NCBI GenBank assembly: GCA_010356995.1
Contig: ML996697.1
Coordinates: 368,153-432,152, forward strand
Length of the DNA: 64,000 bases
Reading direction: 5' to 3'
Source of the DNA: Trichodelitschia bisporula
Lineage: Eukaryota
Shown one piece after another: positions 25,170 through 36,468 of this stretch. Position 1 is the first letter of the stretch, and each line of letters starts with the position of its first letter. A program made the translations under genes and the position numbers. The notes under the pieces were generated by a model. It worked only from the letters and a program-made list of their open reading frames with translations, searched no databases and was not told the origin of the DNA.

Positions 25170-26775
25170 AGAAGTCAGGCTTTGATCGCGATATCGAGTC
25201 TTAGGGCGTGTACTAACCGATCGCTGATGCAGCGTTGTGGTAGAGGGTGGAAGTGAAGATTCTGCAGTAGATGGAAAAAGGGTGGTGCAAAGAAGAAAAG
25301 GGTTGAGAGAACTGAAGGGAGGATAATAGTGCGAGGTCCTGTGTCGTCGCTGGTGTTGTCCCGGTGACCTAAGCGGTGCACAGTGCGGCAGTAGAACTAG
25401 AGAATGAGGAAAGCACGCTGCATACCTGCCCACACAATAGGGTGGACTCGGCGTGTGCGCCGGCATTACGTCGTTGTTCATATCGCAACTCTATTAAAAC
25501 CGCAGCTTATATCTGATCTCAAGGACAAGGCTGAGGGCAGCCGGGATGTAAGACTGGGTAGAAAAGGTTAGTCAGCATCATGTACTACCCCAACGGGAAC
25601 CGGAAGCCGCCTGACTTAACTGGGGAAGAGGATACTTGCACTAACCATATATCACGGTTGATCTTGTTTGTTGGTCTTGGTTGTAATAAGGCTGTCTTGC
25701 TGGCTTCTTAAAATGTCCACAGAATCTCAAGCATCCTTCAACTCGGCCGCACTCTGTCGTCTTAAATCCCACTTACGCCAACCCGAACATCCCTACTCAT
25801 CTTCAAAGTGGACCCGCTTCGGAGTCCCAGCTGCACCCCCATCTACCCCGCGCATCGCACTCCGCAGACCCCCCACGACAGACGAGTCGCGCCTCGCCCG
25901 CTGGCCACTCGGGCCCGGCTCCCCCGCCTCAGCCCTCGTAGTTGGCCGCGCCCCAGCCCGCCCATCAGCGGGATGTCCCTCCGTCGGCAGGCGGCTCACC
26001 CGACGCGCCGGCGTAGCCTGACGCGCCCGCCCACGATGATCTTCATGAATTTTTGCCCCTCCGTGGTCGTTCCCCGCCCCCCGCGCCTGGCCGTGATGAG
26101 TCCGGCCGCGTAGCTGCTCAGCCTGCGCTTTGATCTAGTCGCGCTCCTCCCTCGCGCGCGCGGTGTCGACGTCATTGACTGTACCATCTAAACCCATGCC
26201 ACGGAAAGGACCAGACATGTTTGTTTGAGTTCAGGGAGAGGCGTTTGTGAAGGGAGGATGCGTTCTAAGCTTAGGGATGAGGTGCGACTGTGGACTCTGC
26301 TTCTGAAGGTTAGATAAGTTGGTCTCTGATTGAGATACCGAGTCTAGGGGCGTATGCTAGCCGCTGCTCAATAGAGTGTCACCATTTGATAATAGGACGC
26401 GCTTGGTTGTGGGTGGAGGGTGGAGGTGAGGATACAACTGTACGTTGTGGATGAGAAAAGGGTGGTGCGAAGAAGAAAAAGGGTTGGCGAACCAAAGGGA
26501 GGATAATAGTGCGAGGTCCTCTGTTGTCCCGGTGACGCTGAGCGGTGCGCAGTGCAGCACTGGAGAATGAGGAAGGCACGCCCGCACAATGGGGGAGGAC
26601 CCAGCGCGTGCGCCGGCATTGCATCGTTGACGTCGCAACTCCGTTGACACCGGCGGCTTGTGATCTGATCTCAAGAACAAGAACAAGGCTGAGGGCAGTT
26701 GGGACGTAAGGCTGTAGAGAAAGGTTAGTCAGCATTCGTGCACTACCCACGGGAACCGGAAGCGGGCCCGTGTTT
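25170..26775. repeat. Direct duplication of about 450 bp upstream block (about 25170-25620 vs 26320-26775)
   Basis: Shared GGGAGGATAATAGTGCGAGGTCCT, ATCTGATCTCAAG, AAGGCTGAGGGCAG, AAAGGTTAGTCAGCAT, ACGGGAACCGGAAGC in the same order. Confidence 0.9.
25793..26218 (-). pseudogene. Paralog 3 of the KRVHF family with premature TAG
   Basis: MSGPFRGMG...DTARAREERD*(26135-26137)IKAQ...RRDSSVVGGLRSAMRGVDGGAAGTPKRVHFEDE*; the stop aligns with Gln of paralog 2. Confidence 0.68.
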
Positions 26776-27355
26776 AATTAGGGAATGGGAATGCGGGCAC
26801 TAACCGAATATTCTGGAGGGGATGTCTTTTTGTTCCCCTGTACACCTACGGTATCTCCGGCGTGGGGTCCTTGATATTGGGGGGTTGATGATATATACCC
26901 GTACTCTCTTCACAGAACCGGGGATAAGGGTGCTGTGTGTCAACCATATACCCAGAAGGTCGATATATATCTGCTCTCCCACCCGCCCCATCATCCACCT
27001 CGCGCCATATATATCCGCCCCGGATTGGCGTCGCTGTTTGACGCAAGCCTGGAAGAGGAAGAATCAGCGGATTGTCCAAACAGGAGAACAAAGGCACATC
27101 CATGGAACCGGAGACCAGAATGATGGCCTCAACCATATATTCAGAAGCTTACATCTACCCCCCAATGGCCATTAAACGCACCGTGTATCTCCCGCCGCGC
27201 GTGCATATACATGCCTATATACCTCATCTCCAGCATTACCCCCCTTCTCCGCGCCCAGCAGCCGTAACAGCATAATCATACCGCGTTACCAGTGATACCC
27301 TTAAACAACAAACGCCCAGTCCATGTATACCAACCGTTTTCCCGCCCAACTACCC

Positions 27356-30300
27356 CTACCCGCAAACAACCGCCACAACCGCCGCCCCAACCCCCAAACC
27401 GCCCCATCCAACCCGCGCCCTCCCAGCACCGCTCTTCTTCTTCGTAGCACTAGCGGCCGCGCTCCCCGTCGGCCCCGACCTCGCCGCCGTCGGGCCGGTG
27501 GGCGTGCGCGTCGCACTTGCGCTTCCAGTTCGGGACCCAGTGGCCGTAACCCTCGCGCCCGCACTCGCACCCCTACTCCCGCCGGTCGTCGTCGCCCCGG
27601 CCGTCGTCCTCGCCTCGAGACCCACAAACGTCGTCCCCCCCACCACAATCCCCACCCCACCCCCGCTCAGCGTAGCCAGGGGGGTAAAAATCCCATCAAC
27701 AACCACGCCCCTCTGCCCCTCTCCACCCCCACTATTAACACCCAGCGCATAAACAACCGTATGCCCGCCCACCACCACCGTCCCCCCAGGAAACAGTGTC
27801 TGCCCACCAACAATAAAGCTACCCCCGGGCAACAAGGTCTCCGTCGTCCCGTCGAGCACAAAGCCTAGCGTGCCCGGGAAGGACACGAGCGGCGTGACGA
27901 CGCCGTTGATCGTCGCGCTTGCGCCGTTGGGGGCGAGGATGATGGTAGAGCCGCTGACGGTTATGGTGCCGCCGGGGGTGAGGGTTTGGCCTGCGATCAG
28001 GAATGTAGGCGCGGCGGTTATGCCCGGCGGGAGCGGGGCCCCAGGCGAACCGCCCGAGCCACCCGAGCCAGAAGCGCCCGTAGGCGAAGGCGCAAACAGC
28101 GTCGTCCCATCAACCACCAGCGCCGTGCCCCCCGGCGCAAGCGACACAGTCACCGGCCCCGCGCCACCGGCCGTGGCAGGCAGCGTAATTGTGCCACCCG
28201 GTGTAAGCGTCTGACCTGCGATGGTGAAGGCGGAGGCAGTTGGGGTTATAGTCGTGCCGCTGAAGACGAGGAGGGGGAGGGGTGTAGCGGCTGGCGCGCC
28301 AGGTGCACCTGCTGGTGCCTGGGCGCCGGCGTTGCCGTTGTTTGGAGCGGGTGCCTGGGCGCCTCCGGGTGCCTGGGCGCCGCCGCTGCCGGCGTTGCCG
28401 CTGTTCGGGGCTGGAGCACCGGGGTTCGGAGCTGCTGCTCCGCTGTTGGGGGCTGCTGCGCCGGCATTCGGTGCGGGGGCGGGAGCGGATCCGGGCGCTG
28501 GTGCGGGTGCGAAGCCGAGGCCTGCTACCGTGGGAGGATTGGAGGTGCTTGTGCCAGAACCCGAACCCGAGCCTGATCCTGCTCCAGCTCCTGACCCTGA
28601 ACCAGAACCAGAACCAGAACCGGACCCCGAGCCAGACCCTGAACCGGAACCCGTGCCAGATCCAGATCCGGAGCCAGTGCCCGAGCCAGACCCTGACCCA
28701 GACCCTGAACCAGAACCCGACCCCGCTCCAGTCCCAGAGCCAGAGCCACCAGCGCTTCCACTGCCACTTCCACTCCCACTTCCAGTCCCGGCCCCGGTCC
28801 CACTTCCACCTCCACTACCAGTCCCGCTGCCCGCTCCACTCCCACTCCCGGTAGCACCTGACGTCGAGCTCGGAAACAGCGCCGCGAGGATGTTGCTCAC
28901 AAGTTGGTTGCCGGAGCTGGCGGGCGTGCTGGTGGTTCCGCCTACACCCGCGATTATGGCGCTGGCGACGTTGGCGCCGGCACCGTTTCCTCCACTTCCG
29001 CTTCCGCTCCCACTCCCGCTCCCACTCCCGCTTCCACTGCCGCTTCCACTGCCGCTTCCGCTCCCGCTTCCTGCGCCACTTCCACTTCCTGAGTCACTCC
29101 CACTCCCACTCCCACCCCCACTCCCCCCACCCCCAACACTCTCCACCCCGACCTCCCCCCCTCCACTATCAGCCGTAGGCGTCGGCCCCACCAACCCCCC
29201 CGTATCCGTAACCTCATGATGCACCAAAAACACCTTAAACCCGCGCTCATACGTCACCTCAACAACAACATACATCGTCGGGCGCGGCGCCGTCCACGTA
29301 CCCGGCACGCAGGAATCCATCGGCGGCACGACATCCGGGAGCACCGACGGGAACGGCGGTGGTGGATCGTCGCGTTTTCGCCACCTCGGCGGTAGGCCGC
29401 CGGAGATGCGAGGTGGCGGAGGGGCGGGGTCCGGCGTCCCAGCCAGCAACGGCAGCATGTCTGCGCCCAGCGAGCCCGTGAGCGGAAGCGCAGACTGCAC
29501 GAGTGCACCCTCATCATCGACGAACATCGATGGCACGGGGCTGCTCAGCGTGACGGTCGTGGTGCTCGTGGCGCAGGCGGGGGAGCCGGCGGCGTCGCTG
29601 GTGGGCGCGAGATAGGTTACTTCGTAGGCGGTGAAGTAGATGAGGTCGGTTGTGGCGGTGCTGTTTGATTAGCTTCATAAAAGTAGGTAAGACTGGTAAC
29701 TTACGCCGTGAGGACAGAGTCGCCGACAGGGACGGTAAAAGTAGGGTCCGCGGGATCGGTGAAAAGGTCGTTCAGGACTGCGGTGCCGAAGGTGCCGTTT
29801 GGCGCGGCGCGGACGGCGCTGATGGTGCTGACGACGGTTTCGACGGCGGCGGGGGGTGGCGGCGTGGTAGCGACGAAGGAGTCGACGGTTTCGCCGGTGT
29901 CGTCCACGGTGGTGGTGAGGATGAATTGCACGTTGCCCTGGGCGATTTCGGCGTCGACGTCGACGCTTGTGGGCTGCGGGACGACGGAGAAGGCGGTTGA
30001 GCCGTTTTGAGTGAGGGTGGTGATGGAGCCGACGGCGGCGAAGATGGTTTGTGAGTACCACCAGTTCAGGCCGCCGTAGGCGTTGATCGTGCAGCCGGTG
30101 CATTGGGCCGTGGCGTTTTTGATGGGGGTGTCGGAGTCGGGAGAGGTGGTGTTTTTGAGGGGATTGTCGATGTCGGTGCCATTGTTGTTCGGCGTGTCGA
30201 TCGGAGTGTCGGCATTTGTGTCATCTTTGATAGGTACCTCGATGCCGGTGGCATTGTTGTTGGGTGTGCTGCTATCCGTACCATCCTTGCTGGGTACCTC

Positions 30301-30885
30301 GCTGCCGGTGCTGTCCTTGCTGGACGCGTCGGTATTGGTATCGTTCTTACCACCATCTTGGACGGGTACCGTGACGTCGGTACCATTGTTGTTGGGCGTA
30401 TTGACATCTGTGCCATCTTTGCTGGGTACCTCGGTGCCGGCATCATGACTGTTGGTATTGTTCTTACTATCATCTGTGCTGGACGCTCCGATGACGGTAC
30501 CATTTCTGACAGGCGCGACGGCATTGGTGTCGTCCCCACCACCATCCTTGCCAGTCGATTTAGAGTCGGCCCCATCCCCGTTAGACCCCGAACCAACTCC
30601 CTTTGCATCCGCCGACGGGCTTAACGACGGATTCGGCAGCGGCGAGTTGACAGAAGCCGAACTGGACGTAAAACTCGAGGCTGATACAGAAACGGATGCC
30701 GCCTCGGCAACGGGCCGGGCGTCAGCAACGGCGGAAACGAGCGACGGGATAACGAGTGCCGAGGACGGTTGTTGGGCGTCAGACGCGCCAGTATCATTAA
30801 CGAAAGGCGTACGCGCGGCAAACCTTGCATGAACAGGGAGCGTGAGCGCGAGGGCGATCGCAAGAGTCAGGCTCTTGGATCGCAT
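27356..30885 (-). CDS. Large secreted, probably GPI-anchored Gly/Ser/Thr-rich cell-wall protein (2 exons, intron 29704-29661)
   Basis: Signal peptide [23 protein letters not shown]-rich repeats; (GS)n linkers; repeated [13 protein letters not shown] motifs; C-terminal [30 protein letters not shown]-like signal; GTAAGT...CTAAT...CAG intron joins ORFs in frame. Confidence 0.85.
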
Positions 30886-32155
30886 ATCTGCGTCTAACGA
30901 AGCGACCTAGCGAGGGAGGCGAGGCGAGAGCGGACTGGGCATGGTCCGGCGTGTGTACGGCGCGGTGCGTGTGGGAGCTGGTGGTGCGGGATAGAGTGCT
31001 TGCTCTCTTGGAAGAGCATGGCATGGGGTTTGGGGGTAGGGGCTTCTTCAATCTATTTTGCTGGGTGGGGAGGATTTGCTTGGGGGGGCGAGAAGGCAGG
31101 TCCTGCGGGTGCGGCTGCTGGGTCCGTTGCGCGACGGTGCGCGACGGTGCCACAGTCGGGATGTGGTGCGCGGGTTTAGGGTTCAGAGGCAACGCGGTGG
31201 GTGGGACGGCGGCGTGTGAGTGGACCACTCGGCAGATGAAGGTGGGTGGGGGGGGGGAGGCTGGGGAAGAGGAACATCACTTGCGGAACGCGGACGTGGT
31301 GAAGATGCGGCAAGGTGTGTAAGGCTGGAGGAGATTGGCGGGCGGAGCTGAAAGGCAATCGGCACGCAGGACAGACACGAAAGGGCTAGAGAGGCGGAGA
31401 GAGGCGGCGAGAGGCGGCGAGAGGCTCTTTGTTTGCTGGCGACTTCTTGGGAGGTTGAGAGGAGAGGGTTGGTTGGCGATGACTGACGCCCAGGCAAGGG
31501 GCGCTTTTCATCGACTGGGGGGCGGGATGGGTTTGACAGGGCGAGAGGCAACCCACCGAGGAACTCTGCGGAGGTTTGTGGCGTTGGCCTCTTGCGCGTT
31601 TTTGGCTTCATGGTGGTTTAACCCATGAAACTGGGCGCTTTTTGGCGGCGGCTGGAAGATGCTTGTTTTGTGCGCTGTCGTCGTCGTCGTGTCGATGGTG
31701 GTGGTGCTGGTGCTGGTTACCCTATTTATTGGGGTGATGGCAGAAGAGACTGCGGAAAGAGACTGCGGAACGAGAGCCTGAAAAGGCCCGACGATCAGTG
31801 GATGCAGCATGTGGGGGAGCAGAGAATGCTGCGTATGCCGAGTGGACACGAGCAGAAGATCCGCAAAGAGGCGAAAGCATGGAAACGAGCTGTCGGACCA
31901 CTGGCGGATGGACGATGGTATCGGATAAGGATATACCGCCAATCTCTCTTGTATGGTTGGCTGCATTTACGGATAGAGAGCGAAAGAGAGTGGAGACTTG
32001 CCGCTTTTGTATGTCACGACAACGTAGAAAGACTGGGGGTATTCATTGAAATCTGCAATGCAATGCAGGACGCAAGTACACGCATTCAATGGTGGTGGCG
32101 GTGCTTGCTGCTTTGCTTTGCGTGCCATCGCTGGGTATCTCGGCTTCAACTCTGC

Positions 32156-32230
32156 GAGAGTCGGGATGGACCACTGTGAGAGTCGGGATGGACCACTGTG
32201 AGAGTCGGGATGGACCACCGTGAGAGTCGG
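32156..32230. repeat. 22-nt tandem repeat, 3 copies plus partial
   Basis: GAGAGTCGGGATGGACCACTGT. Confidence 0.93.
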
Positions 32231-32243
32231 AATTGGCCATTTG

Positions 32244-32324
32244 TGCTGCCATGCTGCCATGCTGCCATGCTGCCATGCTGCCATGCTGCCATGCTGCCAT
32301 GCTGCCATGCTGCCATGCTGCCAT
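32244..32324. repeat. (TGCTGCCA)n octanucleotide repeat, about 10 copies
   Basis: Direct reading. Confidence 0.95.
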
Positions 32325-33230
32325 ACCTCGCCTCGATAACCACTGTGCTGCCACGCCTTGTGGACCCAATCGTCAATCATTGTGCTCCGATGACTTGTTG
32401 ACCACCTTGTCGACGACTGTGCTACCATCCACACACCTCCATCCATACTACCACACACCCCGAGTCCCCATGTTTCTTCATCGCTTGCCGGTCCCATCGC
32501 TTGAGGAGGAACGTATCCGCGGATGTATGCTCTCACTCCAGGCCAATTTGCCCTCTTCACCCCTCACCCTCTCCCTTCCCCTCCTCCATCCTTTTCCGCC
32601 CCTCCCCCCCTCCTTCTCTAACCCTCTGACTGCCAATGCAATATATCTCTGGCCAAAGCCGGCCAATTGGGGATCGGCCGGGGCAGGATGAGCCCTGCGT
32701 CGGTGATAGAGTAGCGCGGTAAGAGAGAGACTTCTGCTCAGTACGGATTGTGCATAGTGTGGGGCATGTACCGTAGTAAATGCTGTTTGGGTGCAGGAAG
32801 AGGGAAAGGGTGTCGTGCGCCTGGTGTGCATAGAGTGTGTGGGTGTCGTGTGGGTGTGGGTGAATGCCGCATGTAGGATAGTGTGGGCGGTGGTGCACAA
32901 AGTGCCGTGGTCTGGTGGTGGGACGGCCTCTTTGGCCCGATTGCCCTCTTTTCTCTCAGACTTCGTTACTCTCTTTCTACTCTCGGTCGCTCGACCTTCG
33001 CTCTTCCTTGCTGTATCCGTGGACCTCTCGGCTCGTCTCCTCTCGTTTCGAACTTCTCCCTTCCCTCGCTCTCTCTTCCCCACTCTCCCTCACACTCTCT
33101 TCCTCACCCTCGTCTATCGTCACTCTCTCCCTCCGCTGCCGTTGTCACTTTCCTCCTATACCACCAACCACCACGACTACCACCCTACACACACCCACCC
33201 GCGATGCGCCCTCGCTAGCCATGACCAGCC

Positions 33231-35459
33231 ATGCGACTCCTTCGTCTTCTGCTGCTGTCGTCGCTGTCGCTGTCGCCGTCGCCCTCCCTCTGCGACGCTC
33301 TCCCTCATAGCGACGACCGGCCCCGCCTCCAAGCCCGCGCCGCCACCCCCTCCACCCTTCCACCGCCCATTTCCTTCGCTCCCGCCCAAAATTGGGAAGG
33401 CATCAACGGACAATGGAACACATTCGCTCTGCGCATCGGCTCGCCAGAACAAGTCGTGCGCGTCTACGTCTCCACCGCCAGCCAGCAGACTTGGGTGGTG
33501 GACCCGCGCGGCTGCCCCGACGACACTCCCACAAACACCACCTGTACCGACTCGCGCGGCGAGACCTTTGATCTGAACAAGAGCAAGACGTGGCGCCCCC
33601 AGGGCCTCTACGATCTGTGGATTGAAGGAAACCTTGACCTCTATGGCAATGGAGAGTACGGCTTTGACACCGTCGGCCTCGGCTACCCGGGCGAGGGAGG
33701 CCCAGTTATGACGGGTCAAATCGTTGGCGCCATCGCTACTCCCGACTTCAACTACGGACACCTCGGCATCAATCCCAAATCAACTAACTTTACAAACTTT
33801 ACCACCCAGTCGCCGAGCTTCATCACCTCCCTCAAGGAGCGCAACCTGATCCCGAGTGTATCGTGGGGCTACACGGCGGGAGCAGCCTATCGTATGTTGA
33901 AGCGCAGCATCTCAATCCAATCCATTGGCCACATTGACTAACACTTTCTAGGCTTCGCAAAGGTCCTGTCCAGCCTCACCCTCGGCGGCTATGATGCTGC
34001 TCGTTTCGTGCCCAACAACGTCTCCTTCAACTTCTTCCCCGACAATGAGCGCGACCTGCTAGTGAGCATCGTCGGAATCACGGCCGACGCCTCCGATAAG
34101 AAACGCACGTCGCTGTTTCCCACATACAAAATTATCTACTCCTACATCGATTCGACCGTGTCCGAAATCTGGTTGCCGATAGAAGCCTGCAAGGCCTTCG
34201 AGGACTATTTCGAGCTGACATGGGACCCAACCACGGAACTCTATCTCGTCTCAGAGGCGCAGCACGCGACGCTGCTCCAACGCAACCCGAACGTCACCTT
34301 CACCATACAGCCGTGGAGCGATCCCAAGTCTCGGCGGGTTGACATCACGCTGCCGTACCGCGCCTTCGATCACTATGCCAAGCCGCCGTACCGCGACCTC
34401 AACCGCACGAGTCGCTACTTCCCTCTCCGGCGTGCGGCCAATGACACCCAGTACACCCTGGGTCGCACTTTCCTACAGGAAGCGTACCTGACCGTCGACT
34501 GGGAGCGGCAGAACTTTTCCGTTGCGCAATGTTCGTGGGAGACGGCGATGCCCCAGCAGAAAATCGTCGCCATTCCACCCTTTAGTAACAGCACTAACTC
34601 CACTAACGGCGGCTCCGCTCCCGGTGCCGCGACGGTTAGTCCGACTAAGCTCGGCTCGGGCGCCATTGCGGGCATCATCATCGCCGCCGCTGCTGTTCTC
34701 ATCGCCACAACCACCGGCCTGTACTTCTACTTCAAGCGGCCAAAGGCCGAGTCATCGCCGGATAAGGACGAGCCCAAGACGGTCGACACCGAGGGCTCGA
34801 AGGAGGACGGCAAAGATGAAGCCACAGGCACAACGCTCGTTTTCCCCAAGGCCGAGCTGGACGCATCCAATCCGCTGCGCCACGAGGCCGCAGGCGGAGA
34901 GTTCTACAAGCCGGGCAGCGAGCCGACGTCCCCGTCGGAGACCCTTCCAGTCATCCGCGTCGAGGCCGACTCCAAGGAGCGCCAGGTGTTCGAGATGGAA
35001 GGCGATTATCCCGAGCGGCAGGAGGCCGACGGCCGCATGATGACGGAGAAAGAGGCGATGCGAGTGCGCGAGGAGCGGTACAATGGCGTCGACAGCTCGC
35101 CCGTTACGGAGACGGCGCGGACGGGGAGCGCGCGCGATGTGTTGCCCGGGTATGAGCCGAGCGATGTGAGCGGACACAGTCCGACGGGCCTGAGTGCGCC
35201 GGGCTTGAGTTCTACGGGAGTCAGTCCCACGGGAGTCAGTCCTACGACGCCCACGAGCAGTGCGCCTGGTGTGAGTCCTGTGCGTGTGAGGCCGGGCCAT
35301 GTGGTCGAGCTGGTGTCGCCGCTGGATGGCACGCTCGGGTCGCGCACGATGGGCTTTTTGCCGCTGAGTCCGTTGGAGGGAGGGACGCTGGCTGTACCCA
35401 GCGGGGAGAGACGAAGGTTTTCGTTCGAGGAGGGGACGCAGACGCAGCCGCGGGAGTGA
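33231..35459 (+). CDS. Type-I membrane pepsin-fold (A1, yapsin-like) aspartic protease homologue, intron 33892-33951
   Basis: Signal peptide; WEGINGQW, GEYGFDTVGLG, LIPSVSWGYTAGA, SLTLGGYD, IDST, YTLGRTFLQEAYL; TM helix GAIAGIIIAAAAVLIA; long cytoplasmic tail. Confidence 0.9.
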
Positions 35460-36468
35460 GGAGCGAGTGCCGCGCCGTATATACCCCAGTTTTGAGCGCG
35501 ACGGACCGGGTTAGTATTTGATGTGTAAAATAGACGACAGGGACGGGGACGGAGGGGGGATGAGTATGGTGCATTGACGCTCTCTTGGTCGATCTCTCGC
35601 TCTTTTTTTTATACTCTTGTCATGTTGTGTTGCTTGGGATAGGCGTTGCTGCGGGATTTCATGCAGCTGTGTTTTTTGGGTCTTTTGGGAAGGCCGGCGG
35701 GTCTTGGGGATATGAATACAGACGTAATTGCTCAATAGTGCTGAGTGCCCCGAGTGTTAGTGCTGAGGATTTCGTGCTAGTGCTGCTAGTTTTGTGGACG
35801 ATGTTGGATGGTTGATCCTCTCGAGAGGGGACTTATTTTGGTGGTGAAGCGCTGTGGCGCTCGCGGCGCTTAGGGGCGGGGCAACTGGGAGGCTGAGTCT
35901 GTGGGTTTTGGCCATCTGGGGCTCTGGGTGTTGTAGAGCTTTGCGGAGAGAGTATTTAGGTGGAATCGTTGTCTGCATTGTACTTCTTCATCATTACTTG
36001 TGTCTTCATCAGTTTGTCATTTCTTTCCTTAAGAGGTACGTTCTTTTCTCTTCTTGAGTGAGATCAGACCCGCTAGGCCCTCCCGCTCGGCCCCGCCTCC
36101 ACGCAACCACCCACCTCTGCTTACTTGCGCTCCCGCGTGCGGGGGGGGAATGCGGTTTTCTTGGCGTTGGGAGGGGGCGAGTGGGGAGTCGAGTGGGGTG
36201 TTGCGAGGGAGGGGGGCCTTGGGCTTGGGGTTGGGGGTTTTGCGGGACCCGTGGAGGGGCTGAGGGGCAAGTGTGTCGGGTCAGCTCGTTGACAACGAAC
36301 TCCAGGCAACTATCGCACGCCCTCTTTGCACGCTTTGCATCGCTACATCGTCCGTCTTGCCATATCGCGGGTTTTCTGTCTTCGGCTGAGTTTTGAGTTG
36401 AGCTACTGCTTGTGATGTGAGTGTACTTCTTTTGTGGGGGGGGGGGTGAGGGCTGACGGGTGCGCAGT

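Noticed and set aside
28221..29219. 332-aa PE/PL-repeat ORF on the + strand
   Set aside because: Antisense shadow of the (GS)n-rich cell-wall gene
32156..32230. CRISPR-like array
   Set aside because: Repeats are contiguous with no spacers, in eukaryotic DNA, with no cas genes
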